The position numbers and the translations under genes were made by a program. Positions 1 to 13,400 of a DNA stretch of 64,000 bases are shown here, in pieces (positions within the stretch are counted from its first letter, which is position 1; the number at the start of each line of letters is the position of its first letter). The notes beneath the pieces were generated by a model. The model had not been told where the DNA came from. It worked only from the letters and a program-made list of their open reading frames with translations, and ran no database searches. The DNA lies in the NCBI RefSeq assembly GCF_016433145.1, contig NC_058131.1, positions 231,628,115 to 231,692,114 of the forward strand. The letters are read 5' to 3'. This DNA comes from Gracilinanus agilis (taxonomy: Eukaryota).

Positions 1-623
1 TCCTGGCTACCAATGGGTAAGTGCAATATTACTGCATTTGTTCTACTGACTCATGGGACAGAAATAATTTTAAATGGACCCTGATTTAAGAATCTGTTAT
101 GGATTTATCCTTGTTTACTCAGAAATTTATACATATATAGATCTTCTTATTTTAGTTTTAATTTTAAATTTTTTCTTTTCTCCCAAAGTTTAATTTTTTC
201 TTCTATTTGTATTTTTTTATGATTTTGATTTTCTTTTAACATGATTTATACACCCCATAACTCAACCACGTATCCTGAGTTGATCTGGGTGTTGGTCAAC
301 ACCCTCTTCAAGGGGATTAATTTTGTGAAAATTTAAAATTTTTGTTTGAGAAAAATTTCAGGAACAGAAGGATGCTAACTTCTTGAATCAAGAAAATGAA
401 CTGTTTGGAGAAGGTGCCATAAAGAAACCTCTATTGCATCAGAAGATCCAGAATGAAGTTTGGGATGTTACTGATTGAACTGAAGGGGGTTAAATACATT
501 TATTCTGAATGTAAACTTGTAGCCAAAGGGGACTGCCCCCTAATTGGCTTTTTGTCAGTGCACCTAGCAAACATTGGTTTTCTCTCTCTTATAAAATGAT
601 AATGAATATCCATTTACTAATCA
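1..623 (+). mobile_element. Probable LTR-type repeat, 3' part, cut by the window edge
   Basis: Resembles opossum LTR sequence from memory (CCAAAGGGGACTGCCCC..ATTGGCTTTTTGTCA) and ends in CA; not verified. Confidence 0.4.
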
Positions 624-747
624 ACAGTTATCTATCATCTATCCACCAAGAAGGAATTACCTACTGAATATAATCTCTTCCCATTTAGAGAGTAAAGCCT
701 ATCTCCCATTGTAAGTCTGGTTAGCATCAATCAATTCACCATGACTG

Positions 748-930
748 GGGCAGCTAGGTAGCATAGTAGATGGAGATCCAGGTGAGGAGATGAGAGGACC
801 TGGGTTCAAATCTGGCCTTAGACACTTCCTAGTTGTGTGATGCTGGGTAAATCACTTAAACCCCATTTGGCTAGCCCTTGACCTTTTGTCTTACAGTTGT
901 TACTAGGACAGAAAGTAAGAGTTTTTAAAA
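748..930 (+). mobile_element. tRNA-derived SINE (SINE1_Mdo-like)
   Basis: GGGGCAGCTAGGTAG head, GGTTCAAATC B-box, A tail. Confidence 0.8.
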
Positions 931-1331
931 TATTCATCATGGACTAATCTCCCCAAGATGAACTGAATAAAAAGAGTCTCTGGCTGGCTGGATTGAGAAT
1001 TAGGTGGAAAGGGAGCAGAATACATTGGGAATAATAACATTGGCTCCCAGAGAATCTGGATTCAAATTCTAGTTCTATGGTGACTGTGTGGGAAAGTGTC
1101 TGAACATTCTTTTTTTTTTTTAATTAAAAAATAAAAGGGTTAGACAAGAGGGCTTTCTTTTAGATCTAAATCCTATGACAGAGATAAACTCACCAAAGGC
1201 ATTGCAGTTCCCCCATAAACAATCACTCTAAACACTATGAGAGAATGTTTATCTCTCAGTAAGAAGGTGAACAGAAAGCAGCATAGAAATGACTCAAGGA
1301 CCAAAACTTTACACTTTCTTCCACAACTTAC

Positions 1332-1443
1332 CCCTACTGTTCCAGTTTTTAATTTAAATTTGCTTCCTCCTTTCATGGCACCAAAAAGAGGCAATACTAG
1401 CTTTTTAGGCTTGTTTTCCAGATTTTCAGCTTGGTTTTCAGTC
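1332..1443 (-). CDS. SLC4A1AP: SLC4A1AP exon 9
   Basis: [37 protein letters not shown]; 112 nt; donor GGG|GTAAGT. Confidence 0.94.
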
Positions 1444-4400
1444 CTATTAAGAAAGAGCCATTATTACTTTTAAACAGCAAGTCACTGCAACAAATGCCTA
1501 AGTATTGCTATGATATAACACAATAACTTTTTTAAAGCAAAAAGTGGTACTACTAGAAACTTGATCGTATAGTATAAATGTATTCCACGTGATTCACTCT
1601 CATCTACCTTCCCCTGGTATCTTCTATGTGTTTGCACCTCCTAGATATGTACATGTTGCCTCCTTCACAGGAAAGTAATCTCCTTAGAGGCAGGAACTGT
1701 TTAGATTTTATCTTCATATCCCTGATCTCTAACATATTGCCTAGAACAGATCCTTAACAAATGCTTCATGACTGAAGATTCACATTTAAATAGTGCTTTA
1801 AAGTTTCCAAAGTGTAGGAAAGAGAGAGAAGGTGAATTTTTGTTGATTTAAAAATAAAATTTCATTAAGATAGACAGATAGACAAAAGGCTTGCAAAGTG
1901 CTTTCTCTATAATAATCCTGTACCATTTTACAGACAGTAAACAAGTTGTGAGAAAAGAAACAAGTTGCTGTGCTTGCAAAGCTAAACCACATCAGAGCTA
2001 GCATTTGAAACAATTCTCTCAAGTCTACCACTCTTTCCACTATATCATACATCTTATCTCAAAATTCCAAACATCATATACCAACTTTTGGTTTTTTTGA
2101 ATTCCATTTCAAGCTCCGAATACTATTAATAACACTCACTTTTTAAGCTCTGGCATCTCTGTTGGTTTCACAAGTTTAATCAGCCCTTTCAGTCTCTGCT
2201 GTTCTTTCCTCAGTTCAAAGGTTCTTAAATGAAGCTTTTTCCGAGACACACCATCTAATGTGCTCCCTGATTTGATTTCTGTCATGAATGCATCCAAAGA
2301 ATCCTGGGGTGCAGACTCTGACAGGGCTAGCAAAAAAAAAAAGATAATATTTAATATGTCAGAAAATATGAACCCCAAACAATTTTAAATTCACTCAAAA
2401 GGTCAACAGAGACAACTGTGATGCAGGGCTTAATAGTAAGACATCAGGTCATAGAACTGGATCTCAAGTAATCACTATGATCAAAACAAATGTAAATTCC
2501 ACTAAGATTGGCACCAAAGTACATCACTGCCAAAGACCAATGGAATATATTTAATAAAGAACACATTGAAAGATAACAGAATGAGAGTTGCTAAGCAAGG
2601 TCATAGTCAAGATCCTCACATTCCCTTCAAAAAAATGTTACCAGATATATTATTAAAGAAAAATGGCCCAAAATCCAAAATATAATTTGAATATAGCCCC
2701 CCCCCCCACGAACAAAGCAAGAGTACTGATATAATTTTTAAATACTGTTTTAAAGTAACTGAACTATCTAATGAACCAAAAATTCATTAGATGGGAAAAG
2801 AAATAACACAGAATTATTTATTATATAGGCCAATATCATTAATCTAGTTTCAATGAACTTTCAATGGCCAGAATGTACTGGGGGTGGGGCTTAAAGCCAG
2901 GTCTTCCTGATTCTGGGGCCAGCATTCTACCCACTATACCATATATTGCCCTTATATTTGATGTACATTGATAAAAAAGAAAAATTAAGTAAAATAATGA
3001 GAAGTAGAACATAATAGGACATACAGGATTCAATTGTTAAAAACACTGGAAGGGACCTCACTCCAATTCTTTCATTTTACAGAGGAGGAAACTGAAACAG
3101 AAAGATCCTTCCTAAATATGATAAAAAGCTTTTGAAATCACCATCTGATGTCAAGAAATGGCAAAATGTGTGAGGTATTCCCACTAAACTAGGTGTAAGG
3201 CGGAGTGGCTATTACCTGTCACCAGTCCCATGACAATCTTAGACATGTTGGCTTAGCAATAAAGGTTGAAAAGCGGGAAAGGAAAGGAAAGGAAAGGAAT
3301 AAGCATTTATTAAGCTCTTACTTTGTGCCAGGCACTGTGCTAAGCACTTTACAATCATCATCTCACTGATCCTCACAACCCTGGAAAATAAGTACCTATT
3401 ATTATCCCCATTTTGGAGTTGAGAAAACTGAGGCAAACAGAGGTTAAGTGATTTGGCCAGGGTCATACAGTTAGTTAAGTACCTGAGGCTGGAATTGAAC
3501 TTAGATTTTCTTACGTCTACACCCAGCACTCTATCCACTAAACTACCCGGCAAAAGTCCCTGGCAAGGAAAAAGTTAAAATATATATTTACAGATGATGT
3601 GACTATCATGATACTAAATAAAACTCAAGATACTAAATAAAAATCTTGAGGTAATAAATGACAATAACAAAAGAAGCCAGGTATGAAATAACTCCATGAA
3701 ATTTAAATGCATTTCTATATACTGGCACCAAAAAAATTAATGAAAAAATATTATTTATAACAATAAGAAAATATGCAAAATATTGTGGGGTTAACATACC
3801 ATACATGAGCACTATATAAAAGTAACTAAAATTATTTAGACAGGGAATTCAAGAATTGAGCAACAGAGGGATATGTTTCCTGTTTATAGTGAGATAAAAG
3901 AAACATATTAAGAATGGAAGTATTTCTGAAATTAACTTATATATTTAATGTAATATTAAGAGGCCAATTCTTAGAATTAGAGAAGACCATAAAAAAGTTA
4001 ATCCAGGACACAGACAGCCAAGAATATCAAAAGATATTAGGAACATTAGAAATGTAACAAGGCATTTGCCATAACAGATTTCAAAATGTATTCTAAAGCA
4101 ATTATAAAACTTTCTAGTAATAATGGAATTTAAAAAAAGCAGAGAAACAATCAAATATAGCTATTCAAAAATAAAACTTGAAATATATAAGAAACTAGCA
4201 TTTAATAAAACTCATGATTAAAAATTACAAGGAAATGGAATCACTAATAAAAACTTCTGGGAAAAACTGGATGGCTACATGGCAAAAAGATTAAGATCTA
4301 TAACTCATATTAATAATATGATACTTTTAACTAGATGAATTATGTACATATAATTTCTTGTTATAACAATTTTTCCATAACAAAAACTGGAAGGAAAAGT

Positions 4401-7400
4401 AATGATATCTTTAATTCAATTTTCAAAAGTAAAAAAAACTTTTTATTTAGTAATCCAATAAAATGAGAAGCAGAATGATGAAAACCAGCTTCAGAGTCAG
4501 GAAGCCCTGGCCAGGTCAAGTCCTGCTTCTGACATAATCATGACTAGGTGATCCTGAGCATGGCACATTAACTCTCAGTGTCCTAGGAAATTCTCTAAGA
4601 CTGTAAGGCATAAAACAGCTACAGATTAGTATTGGTGAAAGTTTCTTTATGGGAAAATTACAGTTCCAATTCAAAACAAAATTAATGGAGATCAAATTTA
4701 GGAGTATGATCAAAGATAGATTAAAAAGAATTTTACAATGCGGAAAAGAAGATCTCTAAAATAAAAAGGGAATGGAGCCAAGATGGCAGCTCAGTAGCAA
4801 TGAAAGTTGAACCCAATCTGACAATCCTTCCAAATCAAACTAAAGTAATCAATCTAATCCAAATCAATCTAAAATAAAAAGAAACGAAACAAGACTAGGA
4901 AAAAATAGCTGCAGCAAATTTATCAGATATACATGATATTGAGAACTGATAGGGAACTAAGGTAACCCAGCACAGCAGAAATTGCACAGAATCTTAAGCT
5001 TTGATTTGATTGGTTTGATTCCTGATTCTGTCACTTTTACCTGTGTTGTGTGACTTTGAGCAAGTCATTTATCCTTTATGCCCTTAACTTTCCTCATCTG
5101 TAAAGTGAGGAAGTTGGACTAGATGATCTCTAAAATCCTTTCGAATTCTATAATTCTAGGACATATCTCTAGCAGAGTAATTACATATCCTCCAATGAAA
5201 AAGTGGTCAAAAGACATGAATAGTCAACTTTTTTTTTAAATTTTTAACCCTTAACTTCTGTGTATTGACTTATAGGTGGAAGAGTGGTAAGGGTGGGCAA
5301 TGGGGGTCAAGTGACTTGCCCAGGGTCACACAGCTGTGAAGTGTCTGAGGCCGGATTTGAACCTAGGACCTCCCATCTCTAGGCCTGGCTCTCAATCCAC
5401 TGAGCTACCCAGCTGCCCCAATAGTCAACTTTTAAAGGAAGAAATGTGAACTTATATATAACACACAAAAAGTTAGTCAAATTGTAAAAAATAAACAAAT
5501 CAAGACAATATTTATATCATTTATCTAGTTAAGAGCATATCATGCTACATAGTGTTCAATTATGAATCTTAATCTATTTTTGCCATATAGCAACCCAAGA
5601 GTCCCAAGTTTTCATAGAATGATTCCATTTCCTTGTGTTCTTTTGTCATAAGTTTTTTAAAATACTAGTTTCTTAAGTGTTTTGGGTTTTATTTTTGAAT
5701 AGCTGTATTGATATATTTTTCTGCCCCTTTATTTCATTATTACTAAAAAGTTTTTTATAATTGCTTGTTAATACATTTTGAAATGTGTCATTGACCACCT
5801 TGAGATATCACCTGCCTGTTAAATTGACAAAAATTTCTTCCACACTACTCCTTCTCCCACAACTCCATCTTCTATCCCCACACCCCCAAAAAGGAAGGTT
5901 CAATGTTAGAGACATAGAGAAACAAACTATTACACTGTTGGTAAGAACACAGACTGGTACAAACTTTCAAAAACAACTTAATCATATGCAATAAGAATTA
6001 TAAAATGGATCATACCATTTCACCTGGCAATCTCACTGATCAAAATATATTTTAAAGATATTAACAGAAGTAATAAAGAATCTAACTTTAGAAAAATATT
6101 CATAGTTTATTTGTATCAACAAAAAATGGAAAAGACCTTTGTGTTTTTTGGGTAATGGCTAAATTATGATATATAATGATACCAATGAAAATGATTTAAT
6201 ATGATGAATAACAAGGAATTATGAGAAAATCTATAGGAAATGATGCAAAGTGAGAATCATAAAATGCTAAATAAAGATTTTATGGAGGAAGAAACTGAGG
6301 CCTAGTGAAAGAGACTTTTCTAAGTTCGCACACAGATGTTTTTGCTTTTATTTTAAAATTAGGATTGAAATCCAAGTCATCTGAATCTAGATATAATGTG
6401 ATCTTTCTATTATATCATACTGCCTGCTATTCAAGTATATAGGAACTCTCTTCAGTTTATTAAAAAAACACAATAGGCACTCAATAAATGATTGCTGAAT
6501 GACCACATGATGAGTCACCGATTCTTTCATTTCTATGTCTATACCTATGCTTCCAAATTAACCTAAGCAAGAAGAAAACCATTGAAAAATTGGTGGAAGG
6601 GAATATCTAGACTAGTATTCACAGATTGCTAGAAATAATGAGTCTTACCTTTGCCTGAGACTTTCAATTTCTCAGTAATCTCAGCAAGCTCTTTCTCTAC
6701 ATTATTTAACTTCCCAATCTAAAAAAAAAAAAATTAAAATAAAAAACTTTAGCAAACCAATCAACATTTTTTTGAGCACCAAGGTTACTAAATTGTGCGT
6801 GCCCTAGGCTTATACTCCCAAAGAGATCAAAGAAATTGGGAAAAGTACCTACGTGTACAAAAATATGTATAGCAGCTCTTTTGATGAGAGCAAAGAATTG
6901 GAGACTAAGGAAGTGCCCATCAATTGGGAAATAGTCAAACAAATTGTGTTATGTAAATGTAATGGACTAACTACTCTTGTGTTGTATGAAATGTAAAAAA
7001 GGATAATTTTAGAGGAAACTAGATCAGACTTTTATGAGCCATGCAGAGTAAAGTGAGGAGAACTAGGAGAACAATTTATACAACAACATTTTAAAGAAAT
7101 ACAACTTTGAAAGATTTTAGAATGCTGATTGATACAATGACCATTCTGGAGGATCAAAGATGAAGCATGCTACCCACCAAAATAAATGACAGGCTTAAAA
7201 TGCATGAGACATACATTTTTTAACATAAGGCATTTGTTTTGCTTGACTACTCATAGTTGTCACAAGAGTTTTTCTTTTCTTTTTAATTGTTCACCTGTAG
7301 GTGAGGGTAGTAGGAGGGAAAGAAAATACTTAGAAAAAAATACATATATATGCATACATACATACACACACAGAAAATAATTAAATAGAAGGTAGTATGG

Positions 7401-10400
7401 GAAGCAGGATATGAATACTTGGGAGAAGAGGGGGGAGGAAAAGCTACTTGTAGAAGATGGAATCTAAGCAGCATCTTAAAGTAAGAGATTCTTGAGATAG
7501 AGGTAAGGAGAAAGTGAATTCCTCTAATAGGGGGCTGCCAAAGCAAAGACACAGAAGGCAGAAGATAATGTCATGTGAGAAAAAGAAAGAAGGGCAATTT
7601 GGTTGGGTCTCAGAGAACAGGAGAAAGAGTAATATCCAACAAGGCTAGAAAGGTAGGTTGGGGACAGGTTGTATATGACTTTAAAAGTTAAACAGAAGCC
7701 ACTGGAGTTAAACGTGTAAGAAAATAGCTTAGATTTTCACTTTTAAAAAATTACTTTGGCAACAATATGTGGGATGCCTAGAGTGGTAAAAGGCTTGAGT
7801 TAGGGCAAATAATTAAGATGCTATTAAAATAATCTGGGTGACAAGTGATAAGGGCCTGAACTAAGGTAAACAGCTGTGTGAGTGGAGAGAAAGGAGTCAA
7901 TGCAAAATGTGTTAAACAGAAATGACAAGATTTGGCAACTGATTAGTTACATGAAGTGAGATAAGAGTGAGGAGTCCAGGATAAGGCTAACACTGGGTAC
8001 CTGAGATCCTGGAAGGTGATGTTTTAGATAGAAATAGAGAAGTTTGGAAAAGGATTAGATTTAATGGCAAAAGATAATGAGTTCAGATTTAGGAATATTG
8101 AGTTTTAAGATATCTCTGGGCATCCAGTTTGAAATATCCAATAGGCAATAGATGATTTGGGATTGGGGGGGGGAGGGGAGATACTAGGGCTAGATATATA
8201 GATCTGAGTTATCAGCAGAGATAACAGTTAAAATTCAAGGGAACTGATAAAGATACCAACAGAGAAAGTATGAAGGGAAAAGAGAATGGAGTCCAGTAGA
8301 GAACTATGGTAAACACTCATAATTAAGGGAAGTGATTGGGAAAAACTAAGAAGGAATGAATAAACAGAGAGAGGCAAATCAAGTGTCGCAAAAACCCAAG
8401 AAGAGTATCTTCTAAACAGTCATCAACAGTGTCAAAATGCAATAGGCAGGTCAAGAAGCATTAGATCTGAGAAAAGATCATCAAATCTGAGAATTAAAGA
8501 AATAACTAGTAACTTTGGAGAAAACCATTTCAGTTGAGTGATTAGGTCAAAAACAAAATGGCAAAGGATTAAAGAATAAGGAAAAAAAAAAGCAAAGGCA
8601 TGGAGTGTACATAGCTTTTTTTTTTTTTTTTTTTTTAAACCCTTACCTTAAAATCAATACTAAGCAGTAAGGGCTAGGCAATTGGGGTTAAGTGACTTAC
8701 CCAGAGTCATACAGCTAGGAAGTGTCTGAGGCTATATTTGAACCCAGGTCCTCCCAACTCCAGGCCTGACTCTCTATCTACTAAGCCACTTGGTTGCCCC
8801 TATATACCACTTTTTAAAAAAAGTTTCAAGGAATTTGGCTAAGAAAGGAAGAACAAATATAGGACAAAAATGTAAGAGGATAGTAGGGTCTAGTAAGGTT
8901 TTTATTTTCTGATTTTTTTTAATTTAGAGAGTAAGTCTAAAGACAGTAGGGAGGGAACCAGTTAACAGAGAGAGGCTGAAGGTTTAAGAAATAATGAGGA
9001 TGCTTGAGGATTAAGTCTGATGGAGAAGACCAAAAGGGATGGAATTAAATGCATATAACCATGGAAAAAAGAAGGGTTGTCCCTTTGTTAGAGACTGGGA
9101 GAAAGGAGAAGAAAGAGATGTAAAGGACATCAAAACTGAATAGGATTGAAAGCCCAAGGCAGACTTCCAATTTTATTTCACTCTAAAAAGCTTTGGTTAG
9201 TGGCATTTTTTTTTTCACTATAGGTCCATGGAAGAAGAATTAGATATTGTCTACAGTCAGTACACTGCCTGGGAGACTGCTGGCTATCAATATATGCAGT
9301 GTAATGCTATAGAAGTTTACAATGTTACATTTTGGAATCTAATGTTAATATACCCTCAAAATCCGTTTCACTTTTACTTGTTAGTCCATGCTAAGGGCTC
9401 TTTTATTTGCCCTTCATCCTGATTTGGAAGATTTTTTTCTTCTGTTTTAAAATTGAAGCTCTACTTAGTTTTCTATTTCAAAGCATTAAAATTTGATATA
9501 ATAAATTTAAATAAAATAATAGTGTTATATAGATGTTTCCATATTCACCAGTGAATCATAGGTCTCAGGCTTATCATCAATCTTTCCAGCTTTTTTCATC
9601 CTGTTAAGACGCTTCTTCTCAACCAAGCCAGTTCGATCAAGAAATGTATCATCATCGCTGTCATAATAATCTTCTTCCTCCCAGTTCTTAGCTTTCCTTT
9701 TTCGAGATACTAAAGTATGCACAACAGATAAAAAGCAAAAAGTAAGAAACTTAAAAAAAATTTGTTCCTATCTTTTGTTTCTGTATCAGTTATTTCTGGG
9801 AATACTCTCCCTCTTCACTAGATCAAACCCTCTCTTGTAACAAAGAAAATAGCTGAACAAACACATATCTGACAGTGTCAATAACAATTCTGTCCTATTA
9901 GTATTTCTCCTCCCTGCTGAGAAGAGGAAGAGCTATTTTGTATTCTTCAGTACCATCACTGATTTTTCAATTATTCATAGTTCAGCTTCCTTTTCGTGAT
10001 ATCCTTATTTGAATAGTATATTGTTCTGAGGGTTATTTCATTATGCTTCAATTCACAGGAATTTCCCCATCTTTCTCTTAGTTCTTCATTCCTCATTTCT
10101 TATTGCACCAGGATATTCCATTACATTCATACACTGCAGCTTTTTCAAAAGGATGAAGGATATTAAGTACAAGATATCTAGGATAATATAGATTATTAAA
10201 GTTTCATCCTCAATTGTCTTCATAAGACAGAGGTCCCAAGGTGCTGCCAGATGCTTTGCCTGTCTACTGACCTGCCTCCTGGCGCAGTAAACCCAAGGCA
10301 TCAAGCATACGACAAGCTTCCAGGGAGCACTGAACCATTGCTTCCTTTTTCTTTCCTGAGTGAATGGCCTCAGCCACCAGTTGTTTTCCTGATGAATCAT

Positions 10401-13400
10401 CCACAGGCAACCTGCAATAGTTTGGAGGAAATAATAGCACAAATATCAACAATGAAAAGGAGCTAATATGTGAAGCATTTATATGGCTTGATTGAAGTAA
10501 ACAATTCAACACATTTATTAAATGCTAATTATGTACCAGGCCCTGTGCAACACAAGGCAAAAATAAAACAGTTCCTTCTCTCAAGTACTTATTGTTTGTT
10601 AGATTTTAGGTTCCTTGAGGGCAGGGACTGATTTTTGCCTTTTTGTGACTCCAGTGCTTAGGAGAGTACCTGGCACACAGTGGGTGATAATAAATGTCTA
10701 CTGATTGATTCATTCTAGGAAGGGGACAAATAAAGACAAAAAGTATTGAGAATCCTGTGATAATTGGTGGAATGAAAGGTATTCTAGATTGTAGTTCTTC
10801 CCCCATTACGAAAAAAGCTAAAGAGCCATTAGTTTAGCAAAACCAGCAATAAAAGGAAAAGGAAAATAGAAATAATTTGGGGAAAATGCATTATTAAAAA
10901 AAAAAAAACTAAAGACCAGTTCACCAGTCATTGAATCTCATTTTTCCCCTGTGTCCACCCCTGTGCTAGCCTGGAGACTGTCTTTGGAGTTAACTCTGAT
11001 AACCTTCCAGAAGGAAACTGATCCCTGAGGTTGAAGCTTATGAATCAGATCACTCCCAAGGGCTTCAAAGGACTATTGGAACAGGGAGAACCACACAACA
11101 TTATAGAAGAGAAAGGGAGTCAAAAGTATAGCACTTGTTAAAACTATTTAGTATTATCCAGAAAGGAAGAGGTAACCAGCAGAGAGTTCTAGAGAAGAGA
11201 GTGAGGGCCACAGATTGCTTTGACCTTGATGCTCTGAGAGAAACTAGAACAAGGGGGAAAGGAACAAAAGAATAAGAAGTACCTTTTACTACAGAGATAC
11301 CAATGAAGAAAACCAGCAGTGATAGATTAAAAAAAAAAAAAAGACACAAGTTTACCAAAGACTGTGGGGAAATTTGTTATTACATGTAATTGGTAAAAAA
11401 ATTTTAATTTTTAAAAAGTTTACTGAAGAAAATAAGCAAATATTTGAAGACTCAATCAGCATTTATTAAGCACTTACTAGCTGGGGATACAAAAAAAAAA
11501 GAAGCTCAAAATCTGATGGAGGAAACAAGCAAACAATTTTTATCAAAGAAAACTATACAAGAACTAGGAAATAATTAAAAGGGAGAATGCACTAAATCAG
11601 TGATTACCAAAGTGGGTGCTACCGCCCCCTGGTGGGTGCTGCAGCAATCCAGGGGAGGCGGTGATGGCCACAGGTTCATTTATCTTTCCTATTAATTGCT
11701 ATTAAAATTTTAAAAAAAATTAACTTTCGGGGGCTAAGTAATATTTTTTCTGGAAAGGGGGGGGTGGTAGCCCAAAAAAGTTTGGGAACCACTGCACTAA
11801 ATTAAGAAAGGTTAGGGAAGACTTCCAGGAAAAGATGGGATTTTACTTGGGTCTTAAAGGAAGCCAGGGAAGTCAGTAGACAGAACCTAAGAGGGAGAGC
11901 ATTCCAGGCATGCAGGACAGCCAGAAAAAAACCCAGACTCAAGGTATGTAGTGTCTTGTTCATGGCATAGCCAGGAAGCCAATATTACTGAATCAAAGAA
12001 TACATGGTCTGGTAATAAGGTATAAGAAGACTGGAAAGGAAGGAGGGGGCTACATTATGAAAACAGCATTTTGCATACAGAGTAACTTTCAGATAAATAC
12101 TTTACAACAAAGAAAACAATCAAAATCTTGTGATGGTAAAGATCATACAAACAGTTCTATAAGGCCCTCAGAAATAACAATAAGAAAACCCTAACAACCT
12201 TTAGAATGATTCAGAAGAGCAATCAATGAATTAGGTGAAAATACTGAAGAAATAATGACAGGGGGAAGATAAGTGGCTCAATCAATTGAGAGCCAGGACT
12301 AGAGGTCTTGGGTTCAAATTTGGCCTCTAGACACTTCTTAGCTGTGTGACCCTGAGCAAGTCACTTAACCCCCATTGCCTAGCCCTTACCACTTTTCTGC
12401 CTTAGAATCAAAACACCATATTGATTCTAAGATGAAAGGATTAAAGAAAAACCCGAATGACAGAAATTAGAACTCTTAATGAAGGAACCAGCAAATCCAA
12501 AGAAAGACTTTGAGGATTTGAGATATTAATTACATAACTAGATAGTATATAACTAAATCTCTGAAAAAGACAACAACAGAATTGTTGAGGCAAAAGAAAA
12601 ATTAACTTAACAAAATCAAAATATATACCCCAAGTTACACAAAATTATTTTAAGAGGGAAAGCATGTTAATAATGTTCTAGAAGATCAAGAAAGGTTTAC
12701 TAAATCAAGTAGCTGCTGAGTTTTTCAAAAGAAATTAGGAATTTGATAAACAGGAAGTGAGGAGAGAATACATTTCAAACATGGGGACCATCAGTGTGAT
12801 TACATGGAGGTGAAAGATCAAAAGTCAAATATAGGAAACAACTAGCCCAATAGTTTGACTAGAAAGATTTGTGAAAGGAAATGTCATAAAATAAGCATGG
12901 AAAGCTAAGTAGGAAAAGGGGTTGATATGATGTTGAATTTATCTTAGAAGTAATAGGAATCACTAAAGATATTTGAGTAGGGGAGCTACCTGGTCAGATC
13001 TATAGTTTAGGAATATCAATTTGGTAGCTATGTGGAAGATCAATCAAAGAAGGGACAAATTGCTTTGCCCTTCTTTTCATTATAATGCTTCAAATTCTCA
13101 AGAAAGAAAAGTACATACACTGGAGTAAAATCCAATAAATGTCTATCAAATTCCAAAAGCTAAATTTAGAACTTCATTTATAAATCGAGTAATATTAACA
13201 CTCTCATTTAGGCCTATAAATGAAGCTTAAAATCAATTAGCCTATAAAGGGAGAATGAAAAGAACACATACCTAACTCTGCAAAGCCAAGTGCTATGTCC
13301 CTGTTCATCATATTCATATTCTAATTCTTCTCCTACAGAGGAGAAAAGAAAAAAAGAGATTTGTAATAACAACTGAAAGTCACTCTCTCAATTAAATAGC

